From: Cycas panzhihuaensis | Taxonomy: Eukaryota; Plantae; Cycadophyta | Assembly: GCA_023213395.1 (NCBI GenBank) | Contig: CM041465.1 | Coordinates: forward strand, 144,591,741-144,655,740 | Length of the DNA stretch: 64,000 nucleotides | Direction: 5' to 3' | In this document: one piece after another, positions 10,897 to 24,680 of the stretch | How positions within the stretch are numbered: position 1 is the stretch's first letter | Layout of the letters: each line of letters starts with the position of its first letter | Made by a program: the position numbers and the translations under genes | The notes under the pieces: model-generated | Told to the model about the DNA's origin: nothing | Seen by the model: the letters and a program-made list of their open reading frames with translations, nothing else | The model's database searches: none

Positions 10897-12575
10897 ATTT
10901 TAAAGTTTTGTGTTTAAAAAACTCTTGTAGCTAAAGAATTAATTTGGAACTTGAAGATGTTATAGCTTAAGTTCTATTTGCAAGTACACCAACAGTATTG
11001 ATCTTATGAAGAAGATCAACAATGACAATGGAGGGCTAGGCTTATGGAGTGATCTAACCCTAATTTGTAAAATAGATCTAACAATTGGTCAAGGTCAAAT
11101 TTAGTACAAGCAAGGTAGGGTTGATTTTCATGATCATATCGTGCTTTTCTTGAAGTTCATAGCTCTAATAACACTCTTTTTAAATCTTCATTCTCATAGG
11201 TTTAAAGTCTTAATTGTTATGCATTGACAGTACAATTGGTTGGTTTCTTATGGGATGCACCAATCTTAAGACTAGAGGGAAGATTTGAACTTTTTCAAGC
11301 CTTCTCACTTAATAGTTTAATCAATTTTAAGGTTTAAATAATGTGTTGTGGGTTGAAAAATATGTTTTGAACTTGATATGCTTGCTCGATGCTAAAATAA
11401 TGCTTGCTTGAAACTTTAAAAATGCTTGTAAAGTAGCTTGCTTTGTATTTGAAAAACACCTTTAAATATTTAATGGGAAAAAAAAAACTTGCTTTATACT
11501 TGATAAACAATTTCAATATTTAATGAAAAAATAGCTTGTGTTTTAGTGCTTTGAGATTATTCCTTCTTTAATGCTTTGCAAGATTTAATCAGCTTGCGCA
11601 ATAGTCAAAAGCACACCAAAAGATGTTAGGATTTTAAAGTAGTCTTAACACACTCCAAAAATTTTATTTTTTATTAGTGATGTAGTGTTTTTCTTTAGCT
11701 TGATTTAATGGTCAAAGACTAAGTAGGACACCACATAGAGACCCTAAAGTTATGTACAAATGTGATTTTTTCACTAGGTGTACTAAAAATGACTTAAAAA
11801 AAGATCTTTTGATTGATAAAAAACACTTGTAAATTTTTTCAAGTGTTTATCAAAAAAAAGAAGAAGAAGAGATAATATGTTTTGCTTGAGAAATAATATA
11901 ATTAATAATAAAAACACTTAACGAAATGAAACTTTAGGGGAAAAAGGTTCATTAAAAAGAGAATATTCTTTAGAATATTTTAAATGTTATAACCTAAAGT
12001 TATATCATAAAAGTAAAAAATCAAAATTTTTTTCGTAGTCAATTTTAAGCGGCAACGGGTGACATAGTGGAGTAAAAAAACAATCAAAATAAATCAAATC
12101 TCGTTGTGAAATCTTAAGAGGAGGGTTAGAATGGCATAATCAATTGATAGAAACTTGTTTCATAGAGTTTGGTGGCTTATAGAGTGAGAATGAATTGTAT
12201 GTGTATGTGGAGGGGTGCACAACTACGGGAAGGAAATCAATTAGTCGTCCACAATAAAACAAGACCTAAGCACAAATTTCACTACTGAATGAAGTCTAAA
12301 TAGGGCCACATCATTTCCAACTGCAAGTAGAATTGATTTCCCTCAGTGAGTAGGGTTGTTCACTTGAAAAAAGTGCCTCTTCACACTGGGAGCATGTTTT
12401 GTAAGCACAAATCTCTTCTCAAACCACAGTGGGCACATTTGTGAATTAAAAAAATACTCTTTTTTAACCACAAATCTACAATAGGAAGAGTATTACAGGG
12501 AGCAGATTTATGAATTAAGAAAAATCTATTTTCTAATCATAAATATACAAGAAGAGTAATATAGAGCACTATATA

Positions 12576-12593
12576 TGTGTGTGTGTGTGTGTG
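12576..12593. repeat. (TG)9 microsatellite
   Basis: Directly visible. Confidence 0.85.
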
Positions 12594-12736
12594 TTAGTCT
12601 TAAAACCCTAAGATATAAAATCTGAGATGAAAAATAGAGTAAAATTAGACAAAGTTGCTTTGGATTGCCTGTAAAGTGGGAAGATCATCCCCAAGGGTTT
12701 AGGGCACTCTCCCTAGCCTTTAAATTCAATAAGTAT

Positions 12737-15700
12737 TGTTAGAAGTAATGTTTTATCTAGGATATTCCTAGCATATTTTGTAAAGATTAAAGTGTATTCA
12801 AAATACGTTATGAGGTCATGTGTCATTTCCCTTTTCTCTATCAAAGTGACAAATGGGAAGTTCACATTGAATGGTTGTCATTTGTCCTATACAAGATATA
12901 CTGTATTTATAGATTCATTTTTCATTAAATGAAGTATTGAGAATTCTTTCTACATGGTATTAGAGCAGACTATGACCGTCTGGTCAAGAATTAATTTGTT
13001 GTCTGAATTTGGACAAGGAGTTCATTAGGGTTTTGAGAAAATTTGACAAAAGTCAATTCATAGAATTAAATCATTAAAGGAGAATAATCAAATTAAAGCA
13101 TAAGTCATCTCAAAAGACAAATTTCACCAAAGTACTAGTGTATGGATTTCATACGGATGTCATACGTACCTTGTACGAATTAAAAAAATTAAAGTGTTCA
13201 TATTACTCCCAAATTTTACTAGCAGGCTTGCAATTGTATGAATACCATTTCTTTCCAAAAACATGGCATGATTTGAAGTTGTTTTAAGGGGGTTTTGACC
13301 CATTTTTTAGAGGCGTGGGTTTAGGAAGAAATCTGCTTTTTTCTTTTGTATGGCTCGATTAATTTGGGTAATACCTATATCAATCTGATCATCTCTTTAA
13401 TACAAATCTTTTGAGACCAATTTCGAAGGCAGATTCAAACTATTTTTTTTGTTTGAAGCATTTTTCACTTTTAGCCCTAGCCACGAATTTGAACTTCGAC
13501 TTCGATTTTTGATCAAATCAGATATCATCTGAGAAAAATAATTGTACATCTAGACTCCTCTCATCAAATACTTTGATTTGGATTTCTCTTTTGTTAAATC
13601 TGTATATTTGCAAAAATTCGTATTTTTCCCTACCATACAACCTACAACTGAGTTTTTCAAATATTTTTTTGTGTGTTTATCATTCAATCATGGCCTCATT
13701 CGCTGTAGCATTGACTAAAGTTGATAAATTGACTGAAATAAACTTTAGTATTTGGAAAATAAAGATTGAGGGTCTCTTAATAGCAAATCATGCTTAGAAA
13801 ATCACCATTGATAATGAAAAACATTCCATAGATATAGCGGATTTGCTAAATTGGGAATAAAGGAACAACGTTTTTGTATCTATTATCAAACTTTCAATTT
13901 CAGATTCTCTGTTAATTTATGTGGATGGTGTTTGAAGTGCCCATGAAATTTAGAAAATAATGTCCTCCGTGTTTAATCGAAAAAATGAAGCCAAAATTGT
14001 TGCTTTCATGAAGGAATTGTATAAGCTTAGAATGTGAGAGGGTTAGGCAGTCTTTGAATTCATAGCCAAATTGACCAATTTCAAAAATGCACTCCTCATG
14101 GCAGGAGACAAAGTAATTGATACATCTTTATTTAACACGTTACCAAAATTATTTGACAACATGGTCAATATGTTAATAGGTGGAGGACAAACAACTACCA
14201 TGACCTTTGATGTTCTTACAGGTCACATGCTTAGCCAAGAACAAAGGAACCAGAGGCATGAAGAAGATGTCAAGATTGAAGAAGCACTTGTCACCAAACT
14301 GCACTAAAGAGGTTGAGGATGATGTCAATATAATCTAAGAATGCGAGGCAGAACACCAACCAGCAATAGAGGTCGTTGGACTGAAGGAAGATGACGAGAA
14401 AAAGTTACTTCTCTACGTGATGCCAGGGTTTGTTTTAACTGCGGCAAATTTGGTCATTTTTCAAGCAACTGTAGGGCTTTTAATGTCTGTTATCATTGCA
14501 GACAAACTGGGCATTGCTCATATCAGTGCTACAAAAGGCGAGCAGAGATTCACAAAGGAAAGAAGATATCAAGCAACTACAACAAAGAATAAGATTCAAT
14601 GGAGGATGAAGTTGAGACTGCTTTTGTAGCAGTGCTCATTGCCAATTCCAGTGCCACAGAAAATTGGTATGTTGATTCATGAGCTTTCCACCACATGACT
14701 AGGGTCAAAGAATGGTTTGAAATTCTAAAACCATATGATCTTAATAAGTCTATGGAATTAGGAGATAAATTTTCCCTTCACATAAAAGGGATTGGTCAGA
14801 TAGCCATAAAAATTGATGGAAATATTCAACGAATAGGGAATGTTCTTTTTGTACCAAGAATAATAAAGAAAAATCTCTTGTTAGTATCTTAGTTGAGTGA
14901 AAAGAAATTGAGAACAATATTTGATAAAAATGTTCACTATTGTATTTTGGATATGAAAAAGAATGGTATTTTAATTGCTAAAGGGGCAAAATGCAACAAA
15001 CTCTATAAGTTGCTTTCTACCTCTATGCTACCTGATAAATGACCTACCAAACCTATATTTGATGTAAACTCACTTGCTATGACAAACAATGATCTTAATG
15101 AAATGTAGCACTTGAAGTATGGACATATCTCACATGATAGGTTAGAAAGATTAAAAAATTCAAAAATGGTGAATGGTCTGCCTAGTAGTTTGTTTAATTC
15201 ATTCATATAGAAAAGTTGTATGATGAGTAAACAACACATGATTCTTTTTGCAAAAAACATTTGGTGGGCACAAGCCAACTTAAATTTGGTTTATACTACT
15301 CTTTGTGGTCCTTTTACGTTGGTTTCAACAAACGATGCATGGTACTTTCTAACCTTCATTGTTGATTTTTCTAGAAAATCATGGGTATATTTCTTGTTTA
15401 GCAAGTCAGAAGCACTTGATTATTTCAAAGAATTTGAAGGACAAATAGGATTTGAAAGCAATCAGAAAATCAAGTGTGCTTCCTCTGATAGAGGAGGAGA
15501 ATGTGTCCAAAGATTTCCTTCAATTTTGTAAACTACATGGAATCCACAAACAGGTCAGAACTCCTTATACACCACAGTCAAATGGTGTAGTGGAGAGAAT
15601 GAATAGAACAATTTTAGAAATGGCCAGATGTTTTGTTGAATGTCAGGGAAACCACAAAAATACTCTGTGTAGAGGCAGTTAATACAATTGTGTATCTAAT

Positions 15701-18017
15701 CAATATGAGTCCAACTTAAGCATTGCACAAGGTGACACCCGAAGAAGCATGGACCAGACATAAATGAAATGTAAGTCATCTTAGAGTCTTTGGTTGTAAA
15801 GCTTATGTACACATTCCAAAGAAAAAAGGAATTAAGTTAGATAACAAAACATATAATGTATAATGGATTGGTATAATAATTGGTCAAAAGCATTCAAGTG
15901 TCTTAACCCAAAAACAAACAAATTGTATGTTTTTAGAGACGTGATATTTGATGAAGAGGTAAAGCACACCAAAATAGAGTATCAACAAATGGACATAGAT
16001 GATAAAAAGTTAGTCCAACCCGATGAGGAATCTGTTATTACTTTATAAGATGTTGAATATAGAAGTGAAACTTCAGATCAAAAGACATCTAACATCAACA
16101 AAACATGTGATCTCGACACTACTCAAGAAGAAGAAGAACAGAGACCAGAGTAGGAACAAAACTCTAAAACGGTACCAAAATGGTATCTAAAAACCCTTGA
16201 AGAAATAAAAGGAGGAGTGTTTGAACACAAGATAAGATCTCAGAAACCACATGCATTAGTTTGTTCTGTTGAACCTAACACATTCGAAGAAGCAAACAAA
16301 TTCCAAACATGGAGAATAACAATGAAAAATGGAAGCTATTCGTAAGAACGAGACCTAGGACTTAATGGAAACTCTTAAGGATAAACCCATTTTAAACTAT
16401 AAATGGGTATATAGAGTAAAAGAAAAACTAAATGGAGAAATTGAAGAGTACAAATCAAGGTTAGTGGTAAAAGGTTACACACAAATTACTAAAGTTGACT
16501 ATGAATAAATGTTCTCACTAGTGGTAAAATTAAGCACTGCGAGAATTATAATTACAATTGCTGCTCATAAAGGATGGAAAATTTACTAGATGGATGTAAA
16601 AAATGCCTTTCTAAATGGAGACCTTCAAGAAAAAGTCTATATGCACCAACCTAAAAGATACATAAAAGCCGATCAAGAAAATTTGGTTTGCAAACTTAAA
16701 AAGGCATTATATGGACTCAAACAAGCACCAAGAGTTTGGTATGCCAAATTGGAGAAATATCTTGTCTAAAATAGCTTTCACATGTGTGAATCATATTAGT
16801 CTGTATGTAAAAGACAATCAAGGTCTGATCTCCATTATAGTAGTGTACGTAGATGATATGTTGATCACAAGAGATGATGTAGATTCAATTGTACTCATCA
16901 AAAAGCAGTTTAAAAAGTGTTTGAAATGACATACTTTGGAATGTTGCATTACTATTTAGGCATAGAAATTGGACAAAATAACAACTATGTTATCTTGTCT
17001 CAATTTTAATACATCAATAATGTGTTGAAAAGGTTCAACATGGAAAATTGCAACAATGTAGTCACACCTGTGGAGATTGGTTGTGTACTAAATGTTGAGC
17101 AAGAAGCATCACCTATTAATGCAACCACATATAGACAACTGATTGGGAGCTTGATTTATCTTACAATTAACGGGCCAGACATCTCTTATGCGGTTGGCAT
17201 ATTCTCCAGGTTTAGGGAAAATCTAAACATACTTTATTGGAATGTTACAAAGAGAATTCTGTAATATTTGAAAGGAACAACAAATTTTAGACTAGAATAT
17301 ATAAGAAACAACGATATGCAGTTAACAGAGTTTTGTGACTCAGGTTGTGCAGGAGACGGAATAGATAGGAAATCAACGTTAGGATAATGTTTCTTTCTAG
17401 GAACAACCTTAATATCCTGGAACAACAAAAAGCAACATGCAATAGCCTTGTCTTTAATAGAAGCATAGTACAAATCAACAGTAAATGTAGCATGTGAAGG
17501 AGTAAGGATGAGACAACTTCTAAAAGATCTTGGATAAGAACAAACAACACGTACTCAATTGTTCTATGATAATCAAAACACAATTAAGATGACAAAGAAT
17601 CCAATACTATATTCAAGGACCAAACATATAGAAGTCCATCATTTTATCAAAGAAAAAGTTCAAAACAAAGAGATTGAACTTCTGCATTGTACTTCAAAAA
17701 ACCAAGTTGTTAATGCTTTTATAAAACCCTTAAGTTAAGACAAATATATCTCATTCAGAAATATGTTATGAATTAAATAGATAAAATATTAAGAGAGGGT
17801 GTTAGAAGTAATGTTTTATTTAGGATATTCCTAGTATACTTTGTAAAGATTAAAGTGTATTCAAAATACGTTATGAGGGTCATGTATCATTTCCCCTTTC
17901 TCTCTCAAAGTGACAAATGGTAAGTTCACATTGAGTGGTTGCCATTTGTCTCGTACAAGATGTAATGTATTTATAGATTCATTTTTTATTAATGAAGCAT
18001 TGAGAGATCTTTCTACA
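12737..18017 (+). mobile_element. Ty1/Copia element C, full length and decayed
   Basis: 218-bp LTRs 12737-12954 and 17800-18017 (~91% identical). PBS TGGTATTAGAGC 12955-12966. PPT AAGAGAGGG 17791-17799. Decayed TSD AGTAT/AGCAC. Confidence 0.93.
13690..17780 (+). pseudogene. gag-pol: Decayed gag-pol of C
   Basis: NFSIWKIKIEGLL, two CCHC knuckles, WYVDS protease, SDRGGE and PQSNGVVERMNRT integrase, VYVDDMLIT RT, RNase H RTKHIEVH. Many stops. Confidence 0.93.
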
Positions 18018-18051
18018 AGCACTCCCCTACCAAACAACTTTGATACTAAAA

Positions 18052-18521
18052 TGCAAGCAAGAGATCATACGAGAATAATGCAGGGCAAGGGTTAGATGAT
18101 TAATATTAATAAATAATATCAAATAAGTAAGCACATAAGCACACTAGTAAATGGAGGAGGAGGAATTGATCATAACTCGAACAAGATTAACTTGTATTTA
18201 AAATAACAATATAACAATACATCTCATACACTCTTATTATACATTAGAAAATGGTCTCAATATATAAGTGAAGAGGATGCCCTTTAAGGTGCTACATGTT
18301 TGACAAGCGACAAACATGCACACAAGCACACTATATGAAGAGCATTTGGTTATCATGCATGCATATGTGCAAATCTATAAATACAAGAGTGAAGGGTCCA
18401 TTGACCCATAAGTTACAACATTACACACACTTGACAAAGATGTGTATACTTTATCGCATTTAAGTGATAAAGTAACTTTACATAATACATAGCTTAACAA
18501 TATAACATAAAGGTTTTAAGA
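18052..18521 (-). repeat. 5' LTR of Copia B
   Basis: Follows the decayed PBS; shares blocks with 10038-10588 (gggtccatt, gttacaa, tactttatc, taacataa-ggttt). Confidence 0.75.
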
Positions 18522-19194
18522 ACTCTACCTTGATACGTGAACATAAGTACATAAAAAGTAGACAGTAGGAAAAATAACCATAACTCAAAATATTATACAT
18601 CTAAACAAGATCATGGACAAAAGCATATGGCAAAATATTATATTAAACAGAAAAAAAAAAAAGAGGCGGGAGGGGTGGGGAATATATTGAAGAAAAAATA
18701 TTATTAATTTTTTTATTTTTTGAAAATGAGATATTAAAAGGAAAAATGATGAATGTAGAGATATTGGAAAAATAAGAATATTAAGTAGAGAAAAGAAAGT
18801 GAAAAATGAGTGAAAAAATTTAAATTTTTAGTCAGTGTTTCCTTGAAATACACTATGCACTCTAGAAATCAAATGAAAATAGGAACACACAAGTTACAAG
18901 ATTGCATAGTGAACTTTTACACTATGCATTCCTGCTCATGTCCCAATGGAGGAATGTATGTAGAAATACACATAATTTAAAGTGAATAGTGCCTGATTCT
19001 TACCATCTAAGGAAAGCGAAACCCTAGTAAGGCCAAAATCAGAGTTCTCAATTGAGATTTTGACAGGATAGAAGGTCAGAATAGTGTGTGTCCTAAACAC
19101 TAAACGTATAGAATGCTTCCAATAGTATGCAGCAATAATACATCCTACCAAAGGGATGAATCTAAGTTTGAGCCTTCTAATATTAATGTCTTAC

Positions 19195-19289
19195 ATTTCA
19201 CTTTGTTCTTGTTGGATTCCAATTGTTATTTCTTCCACTAGCTTAGCCGCATGATCAAGATAGAAATCAATGGTGTTCATGAGACATAC
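19195..19289 (-). other. Candidate isolated 95-nt exon
   Basis: Acceptor ttttagCAG, donor GTAAGA, and a single stop-free frame VCLMNTIDFYLDHAAKLVEEITIGIQQEQSE. Protein not recognised. Confidence 0.3.
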
Positions 19290-19632
19290 CTGCTAAAAAT
19301 TAAGTGTGTCATCAACATTCCATGAAAAAATTAAATAGATAGGTTGGGGAGATCTCATTTATATGCCATCATTGTATTGGGATTTAGAGTTAATGTACCA
19401 AATTCTTATGGCCCTAAAAAGAAATATGGAGTGACTACAGCTTGATGCCAATATAATACATATAGTCACTGGGCATTCTAAGGAAGGGGACACTAGTAGT
19501 TACAAAAAGATCAGAAGTAGACCAAGAAACTTGGGTGTGCGAGTTATGTAAAGAAAATACCCAAATTTATTCAGGAGGAACCTAGATTGTCAACATTAGT
19601 GATGAGCAATTGTAGTGGGTGGCCAAAGTAAT

Positions 19633-19927
19633 TGTCACCAAATTTTATCCAAACAAAAACATGCTTACATTCTCAATGGCATGATGTTAATACTACCACA
19701 AATTCGAGATTGCATGTGGCTTAATTGGTGTGAGTTTATGGTGACCAACATGAGGCGATATATAGAAGAAATTCAAACTCATGTCACCAAATTTGGTCTA
19801 AACAACAACATACATTCCCAACGACATGATGTTAGTACTACCACAAATTCAAGATTGCATGTGGCTTAATTGGTGTGAGTTTATGGTGACCAGCATGAGG
19901 CCATAGATAGAAGAAGTTCAAACTCAT
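19633..19927. repeat. ~147-bp tandem duplication
   Basis: Units start with tgtcaccaaattt at 19633 and 19782 and share a long near-identical core. Confidence 0.9.
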
Positions 19928-21023
19928 CCTTTTTGACACCCATCACTTCTATTGGTAATATTATTTCATCAGTGCCCTGAAGTCCAACCAATATGCATGC
20001 TTATTTGTCAAGGAAAACCAACAATGAAGCAATGAATTAACATAGTTCCCAATAGTGTTCAAGATTCTAAAATTAAAAAACAAGTCAAGAAATAAATGAT
20101 AAAATGGGTGAGATGGATTCAATAAAAAGCTAGCAATCCCATTCCACTTTGATCTAAACAATTGGTGAAGAAGAGCTTCGAATGTGGACATGCTGAAGTG
20201 GAATACATTAAATCCACACTGTCACTTGAAGAATGGGAGATGGACCTACCTTTTCAGATACTCACAAAGATAGGGGAAGGGTCCTCTTAACAACAAAACC
20301 CCTTGGAGGCTAAGGGCAAAATATTTGTGTAGTTAGTGGAAGAGATGGAAAAGGACTATAAAGCAAAGATTGTTGCCCTACAGGAAAAGTTGAGAGGAAA
20401 AGACATAATAATCACCATTTTAACTTGAATCAATGAAGATTTAGTCAAGGCCACCAAGATTGCATATGATCCTGGATTGGAGGGGTAGTCCTAATTTAGA
20501 GGAGGAGGAGGAAAACAACACAAAAATTTTGAACTTTTTTGAACAATAATGCTTAACCACTTTTTGTTGGCATGAGATAGATGTTGGGGTCAAATATGAC
20601 ATTTATGTATTCAAATGGTTGAACAAATGGCATTTGGTATGCAATAGGATATTGTGAGTGCATATTAGTAACCCAACAAGTGTCTGAGCAGTGGAATGTA
20701 TGAAATTTTAGTAGAAACTGAAAACAACTTCTCGAGGAATGCACAAGAGGGTTCATTCCGAAATATGGATGCATGACAGAACAAAGCCATAATCGAAATG
20801 TACGAGGAACACATGCACCAAAATGGGCATAACACAAGCCACAGACAACTAGAAATGTATGTGTGGTTGTAATCAAGTGTAATCATTAGTTAAGTAGCAA
20901 AATAATTACTAAGAGGTGTGCATTATGTAAAAGGAATGTTTGTGACTATTGGTCATAATTATTCCCCAAAAGGCACATAAAGGGTATTTATAAGTCATTT
21001 CTCTCCATTTTGGATGTCAAAGC

Positions 21024-24000
21024 TGTTGGAAAATATAACCTGTAATAAGATATTGACAAACAAAACAGAACACCTCCACAGGATCGAACAGTACCCTTAA
21101 GGTACCTCTATTGTATTAACATAATATCATTACAACAACATTCAATATGATACACTATATTGTGAATTTATAATACATGTCAATATAATGAGAGTGGAAC
21201 CCACTTGCATGTGGGACAAAACAAATGTGCATTAATATTCCAACACTCCCCCTTAATGCACATTTGGATCATTTGTATTTGTAATGCCTTGTCCTTGGAA
21301 GTGTCTCTAAAATGATGTCTTCAACTTGATCCTTATATTCAAACTTGTAGTGATGTCTTTGTTGTAGAATGATGTCTTCATCTTGATTTGCGTCTTCAAT
21401 TATGTACTGATACCTTTGTAGGATGATGTTCTCAACTTGATTTCTGTCTTCAATCTTGTAGTGATGATGTTGATGTAGCAACTTTAACAAGTGCAAATCA
21501 TGATTCTTCATTGTGTTTGGTCTAGTTTGATTTTGATGTAGATCCTGTAAACAACCATCTTCAATCACAACTTGCATGTCATCATTATCTTGTATAAACT
21601 CTTGATCACCATGTACAATAGTGATTTCTTCAATCTTTGGAGCAGAATCTTGATCAACTAGCATACTCTTTGAAATTGAATCAATGTTCAAAGTAGGAAC
21701 ATCATTCAAACTTGAATCAATACTTAAAGTAGGAATATCATCAACATAAGGCTCATCCTTTATAGAACCATCAGATTCATATTCAATGGTGTCATCTATA
21801 TAAACCTTTATCAACTCATCATTTTCAATGTTTTTATCAATTGTTCTAGTCTCATCAATGCATTCAACTATCGCTTCCTTACATTCAATAGAAATTTCAT
21901 CAGTACTCATACATTTTTCATCTTGACATGTCATTTCATGAGTGTTATTGATATTTTCTTCATTCATTGTATCCGTGCCATAACCATAACTGGCCTTAAT
22001 TGTCTTTTCAATCATTTGTTGTGTTTCTTTAGGAGTTTGTTCAAATACTTCCCTTAGAAAATCCCAAGCTTCTTTAGCATTACTTGCATGTAGAATCATA
22101 GGAATGACAAATGGTATTTGGAAGGAAGATCAACCTCATTGAATGCAGCATGAATCATAATGAATGCCTTTCTATCTTTCTTCTCAAGTATTTTCTTTTC
22201 TTCTTCATCCTTAGGGATATCATATCCATCGGTAACAATCTTCCACAAACCTCTAGCTATGAAAAAGCAGATCATTTTAATCGTAAAAAAAAAGTAGTCT
22301 TCACCTTTACACTTAGGTATTAGAAGAAACGAATCCCATAAGTAGTATTCATTTGTTTCGGGAGCATATATAACCGCATCATTATTCTCCATGATTGTAA
22401 ATGTCATTTTTTAATACCACATCCCTTTTTCAATCAACAAATTCATCCATCAATCTCAACAAACTTTCTCATGTCTCATGTCTCTTATATTACTGACTTC
22501 ATCATCATATCATTGCCTTTTGCATCTCACATATGCCAAATAGTCACATAAAATCCAAACACTCACTTCACCAAATCAATGCCTCATAAATCTCACAATG
22601 ATCATACATGTCATATGTCGCTACCAAGATACATACTTCACTTGATTGTCCAAAATACAACTCATGCCATTACACCACTCAATAATTTTGCTTCCCTGCA
22701 ACTCAAGTATCTTCAACAAAAGAAACTCATCCTTCTTTACCCATTCAATCAATTAGAACACATCATCAAACATGCTTGATCTCATCCTTAACACACCTAA
22801 CAATTTCCCAATCTTGTCATGTAACTTCACATGCAACAAGCACCTCATTGCCTCAAATCACTATCTTTCTTGCCCTCAAATTATCTTTGTTATGCCCATC
22901 GAGTCCCTTCACGTAAATCACATTCCACGGAGCACTTAATTGTCATATTCTATCCAACTCATTCATGCAAACACATGTACTATCGCTTCATTACCATACT
23001 ATGCCATTGTCACAATAGCTCTCTCATACAAATACATGTAAGAAAGCACTCAAACTATCATTAGACAATCACCATCATGCATCTCAAATCACTAATAGAG
23101 TGCTAAATATATTCACATCAATATGACTTAATGTCATCTCACATTGCAACAGTACTCTCCCGAGCACAACATATGTAAGAGAGCCTCAAACAATCACCTC
23201 ATTACCATTGTCTCATTCATGTCACCATATCAATATGAAACCCTTAAATTTCCAAAAACTTATTTCTGAAAAAAAGTATAGCTAAAAAATACATAAAATA
23301 TGGATGGAAATGATGGTATCTGAAATACGATTCCAACGGTTCAGACAAAATTGAATTCTGATATCCAAATCAAAAGTTATACTCCTTGTAAGAATTTCAC
23401 AATTAGGGTTTCTAGGAGCTGTAATAGTACCTTCTGATAATCTGCTAATAACTTTTTATTCTGAGCTATGATGAACCTCAAACCACTTTCATTAGAAAGA
23501 AAATTAAAAAACGCACAGAATAAAAAAAAAATTGAGGTAATTGAGATACCTGTAGCCAAAGTTATGGCTCTTTGAAGTTAAGGTTGTAGATCTGTCCCAA
23601 AAATACGGCGACGGAAAAATAGTAGGCCGAAATTAATTTTGCTGCAATTTTCGCATTTCACCCCAAAATCTATAGCGCGACCACTCAAATTTTATAGAAC
23701 GAGTCATTTCGTCTCAATTTCGTCATTACTTTTCAGAAATTTCAACGTTATGGCACCTTCCAAATCACTGCTCTAATACCGAATAAAAACACCTCTCTCA
23801 ACCCAGGCACTCTGATACCATGTTGGAAAATATAACCTGCAATAAGATATTGACAAACAAAACAAAACACCTCCACAGGATCGAACAGTACCTTTAAGGT
23901 ACATCCATTGTATTAACAGAATATCATTACAACAACATTCAATATGATACACTATGTTGTGTATTTATAATACATGTCAATATAATGAGAGTGGAACCCA

Positions 24001-24042
24001 CTTGCATGTGGGACAAAACAAATATGCATTAATATTCCAACA
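21024..24042 (-). mobile_element. Non-autonomous Copia-derived (TR-GAG-like) LTR element Y
   Basis: 222-bp LTRs 21024-21245 and 23821-24042 (~96% identical). TSD AAAGC at 21019-21023 and 24043-24047. PBS TGGTATCAGAG ending at 23820. PPT 21246-21256. Confidence 0.95.
21269..22407 (-). pseudogene. gag: Gag N-terminus / acidic linker / repeated RNase H C-terminal-like ORF of Y (one frameshift)
   Basis: IKMICFFIARGLWKIVTDGY..KKDRKAFIMI / SNAKEAWDFLREVFE, an acidic middle, and terminal repeats ending DQVEDIILETLPRTRHYKYK just before the PPT. Confidence 0.85.
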
Positions 24043-24546
24043 AAAGCCAAGTATGAGTCTTATAGTATGTTTTCTAGTACAAATGCTAAGTGCATTATAA
24101 TACAGAGGGTGTTCTAGTAAGAAAAAGCTATATAACTATGTGGAATTGATGTAAATAGTGATATTTCTTAATAAAATAATCGAGTTACATGTAAATTGTG
24201 TCTCATATGTTATTTGTGATTGATCTATCATTATGTGATAATTGATAATACTGTGATGATGTTGTGATTAATGCTATATTGTGGACTTACCTAGCATATT
24301 CTGTATAATCAATTTGTATGTTAATAACAAGCCTTAGTATAGACTACTAGAAAGTGACCTTTTGACAAGGGCCCCTTCTAAGGAGTAGAAGAGAAGTCAA
24401 TAGTTCATAAGAGCTAACTTGTAGATTTCAAGGGCAATAATATCTAAGAAATCAGGCTTTTAAGAGGCAAACCGATTGGGGCCAAATAACACAAAATCAA
24501 GGGTAGAATTAATGGTAGAATTATGGGCAAAGTTTCGTTTCTCATA

Positions 24547-24680
24547 ATTAAGATTGTCAAGTGCAAAATTCAAATTCAGGGAAAATTTTAGGTTTTCAAG
24601 GACAAAATCCAAGTTCTCAACGATAAAGTTCAAATTATCAAGTGCAAAATTCATATTTTCAAGAGGAAAATTGAGGGGAA
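24547..24680. repeat. Degenerate ~21-bp tandem repeat
   Basis: Recurrent tcaag(t/g)(g/a)caaaattca units; appears as LENMNFALDNLNF heptads in ORF 24460-24798. Confidence 0.75.

Larger units (their letters stand above)
10589..18521 (-). mobile_element. Older Ty1/Copia element B (5' part; same family as A; interrupted by A and C)
   Basis: Gag start and leader homologous to A. Decayed PBS 18037-18048. LTR ~18052-18521 similar to the A LTR. Confidence 0.85.

Noticed and set aside
12105-12185. PPR-like peptide EILRGGLEWHNQLIETCF in the leader of B
   Set aside because: Similarity too weak to separate from chance.
22096-22099. ATGA overlap between the two ORFs of Y as programmed coupling
   Set aside because: The homologous region in X stays in one frame, so a 1-nt deletion in Y is the simpler explanation.
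20530-24340. LTR-like sequence flanking Y
   Set aside because: Probably an older repeat, but no partner LTR, TSD or termini could be defined.
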